Shown: one piece after another, positions 26,080 to 26,200 of the stretch
How the letters are laid out: the number at the start of each line of letters is the position of its first letter
How positions within the stretch are numbered: the first letter of the stretch is position 1
Assembly: GCA_048939995.1 (NCBI GenBank)
Contig: JBHLOY010000021.1
Coordinates: 1-26,200 of the forward strand
Direction: 5' to 3'
Length of the DNA: 26,200 nt
From: Promethearchaeota archaeon
Lineage (GTDB): Archaea > Asgardarchaeota > Lokiarchaeia > Sigyniarchaeales > SOKP01
Position numbers and translations under genes: made by a program
The notes under the pieces: generated by a model
The model's database searches: none
Told to the model about the DNA's origin: nothing
The model's input: only the letters and a program-made list of their open reading frames with translations

Positions 26080-26200
26080 ATTAAAACATTTAAAAGAAGA
26101 ATGGAAAGCCATTTTTTCGTGTATGGGATGCGGAGATTGCGGATTTGCCATTAGACCCGCAGTAGGAAGATATTTAACTTGCCCTGTAAAAGAAGCAAAA
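26072..26200 (+). CDS. N-terminus of a second HdrD/GlpC-like Fe-S protein (partial; not in the ORF track)
   Basis: GTG at 26072 overlaps the end of the flavoprotein gene, with GGGGTGA upstream. It translates to MSELKHLKEEWKAIFSCMGCGDCGFAIRPAVGRYLTCPVKEAK (CxxCxxC...CP) and stays open to the window end. The arrangement mirrors the 11877-14805 pair. Confidence 0.8.
   Translation, partial: MSELKHLKEEWKAIFSCMGCGDCGFAIRPAVGRYLTCPVKEAK

Noticed and set aside
1-26200. Mobile element, prophage or defence island
   Set aside because: No transposase, integrase, terminal repeats, viral structural genes or recognisable defence domains were found, and composition appears uniform.

Overview
This is an AT-rich (roughly 30% GC by eye), gene-dense chromosomal window that looks archaeal, most likely Asgard (Lokiarchaeia/Promethearchaeota). 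That placement is inferred from the Hef-type helicase, ADP-forming acyl-CoA synthetase alpha subunit, repeated FAD-oxidoreductase + HdrD/GlpC-like gene pairs, cytoplasmic PAS kinase with a stand-alone receiver, small zinc-ribbon proteins, frequent TTG starts and GGAGG/GAGGT/GGTGA ribosome-binding sites. It holds about 18 protein genes (two cut by the window edges, one probably frameshifted) plus one truncated pseudogene. I found no rRNA, tRNA, transposase or CRISPR array. The most unusual element is a 1468-aa protein with an N-terminal prenyltransferase-like alpha/alpha-barrel, winged-helix modules, two long coiled-coil/helical stalks each capped by a PCI-type winged helix (the proteasome lid/COP9/eIF3 motif), and a C-terminal membrane hairpin. 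Immediately upstream and co-oriented is a membrane-anchored legumain/GPI8-like (C13) cysteine peptidase whose catalytic fold is split by a ~190-aa beta-sandwich insertion. Other points of interest are a p-cresol-methylhydroxylase-like flavoprotein paired with an HdrD-like Fe-S protein and an orphan GltD/NfnB-like flavoprotein, a nuclease-less Hef with a C-terminal winged helix, a receptor-like Asp-box propeller/TM/zinc-ribbon protein, and a palindrome cluster in a divergent promoter. All assignments come from motif reading, not database searches.
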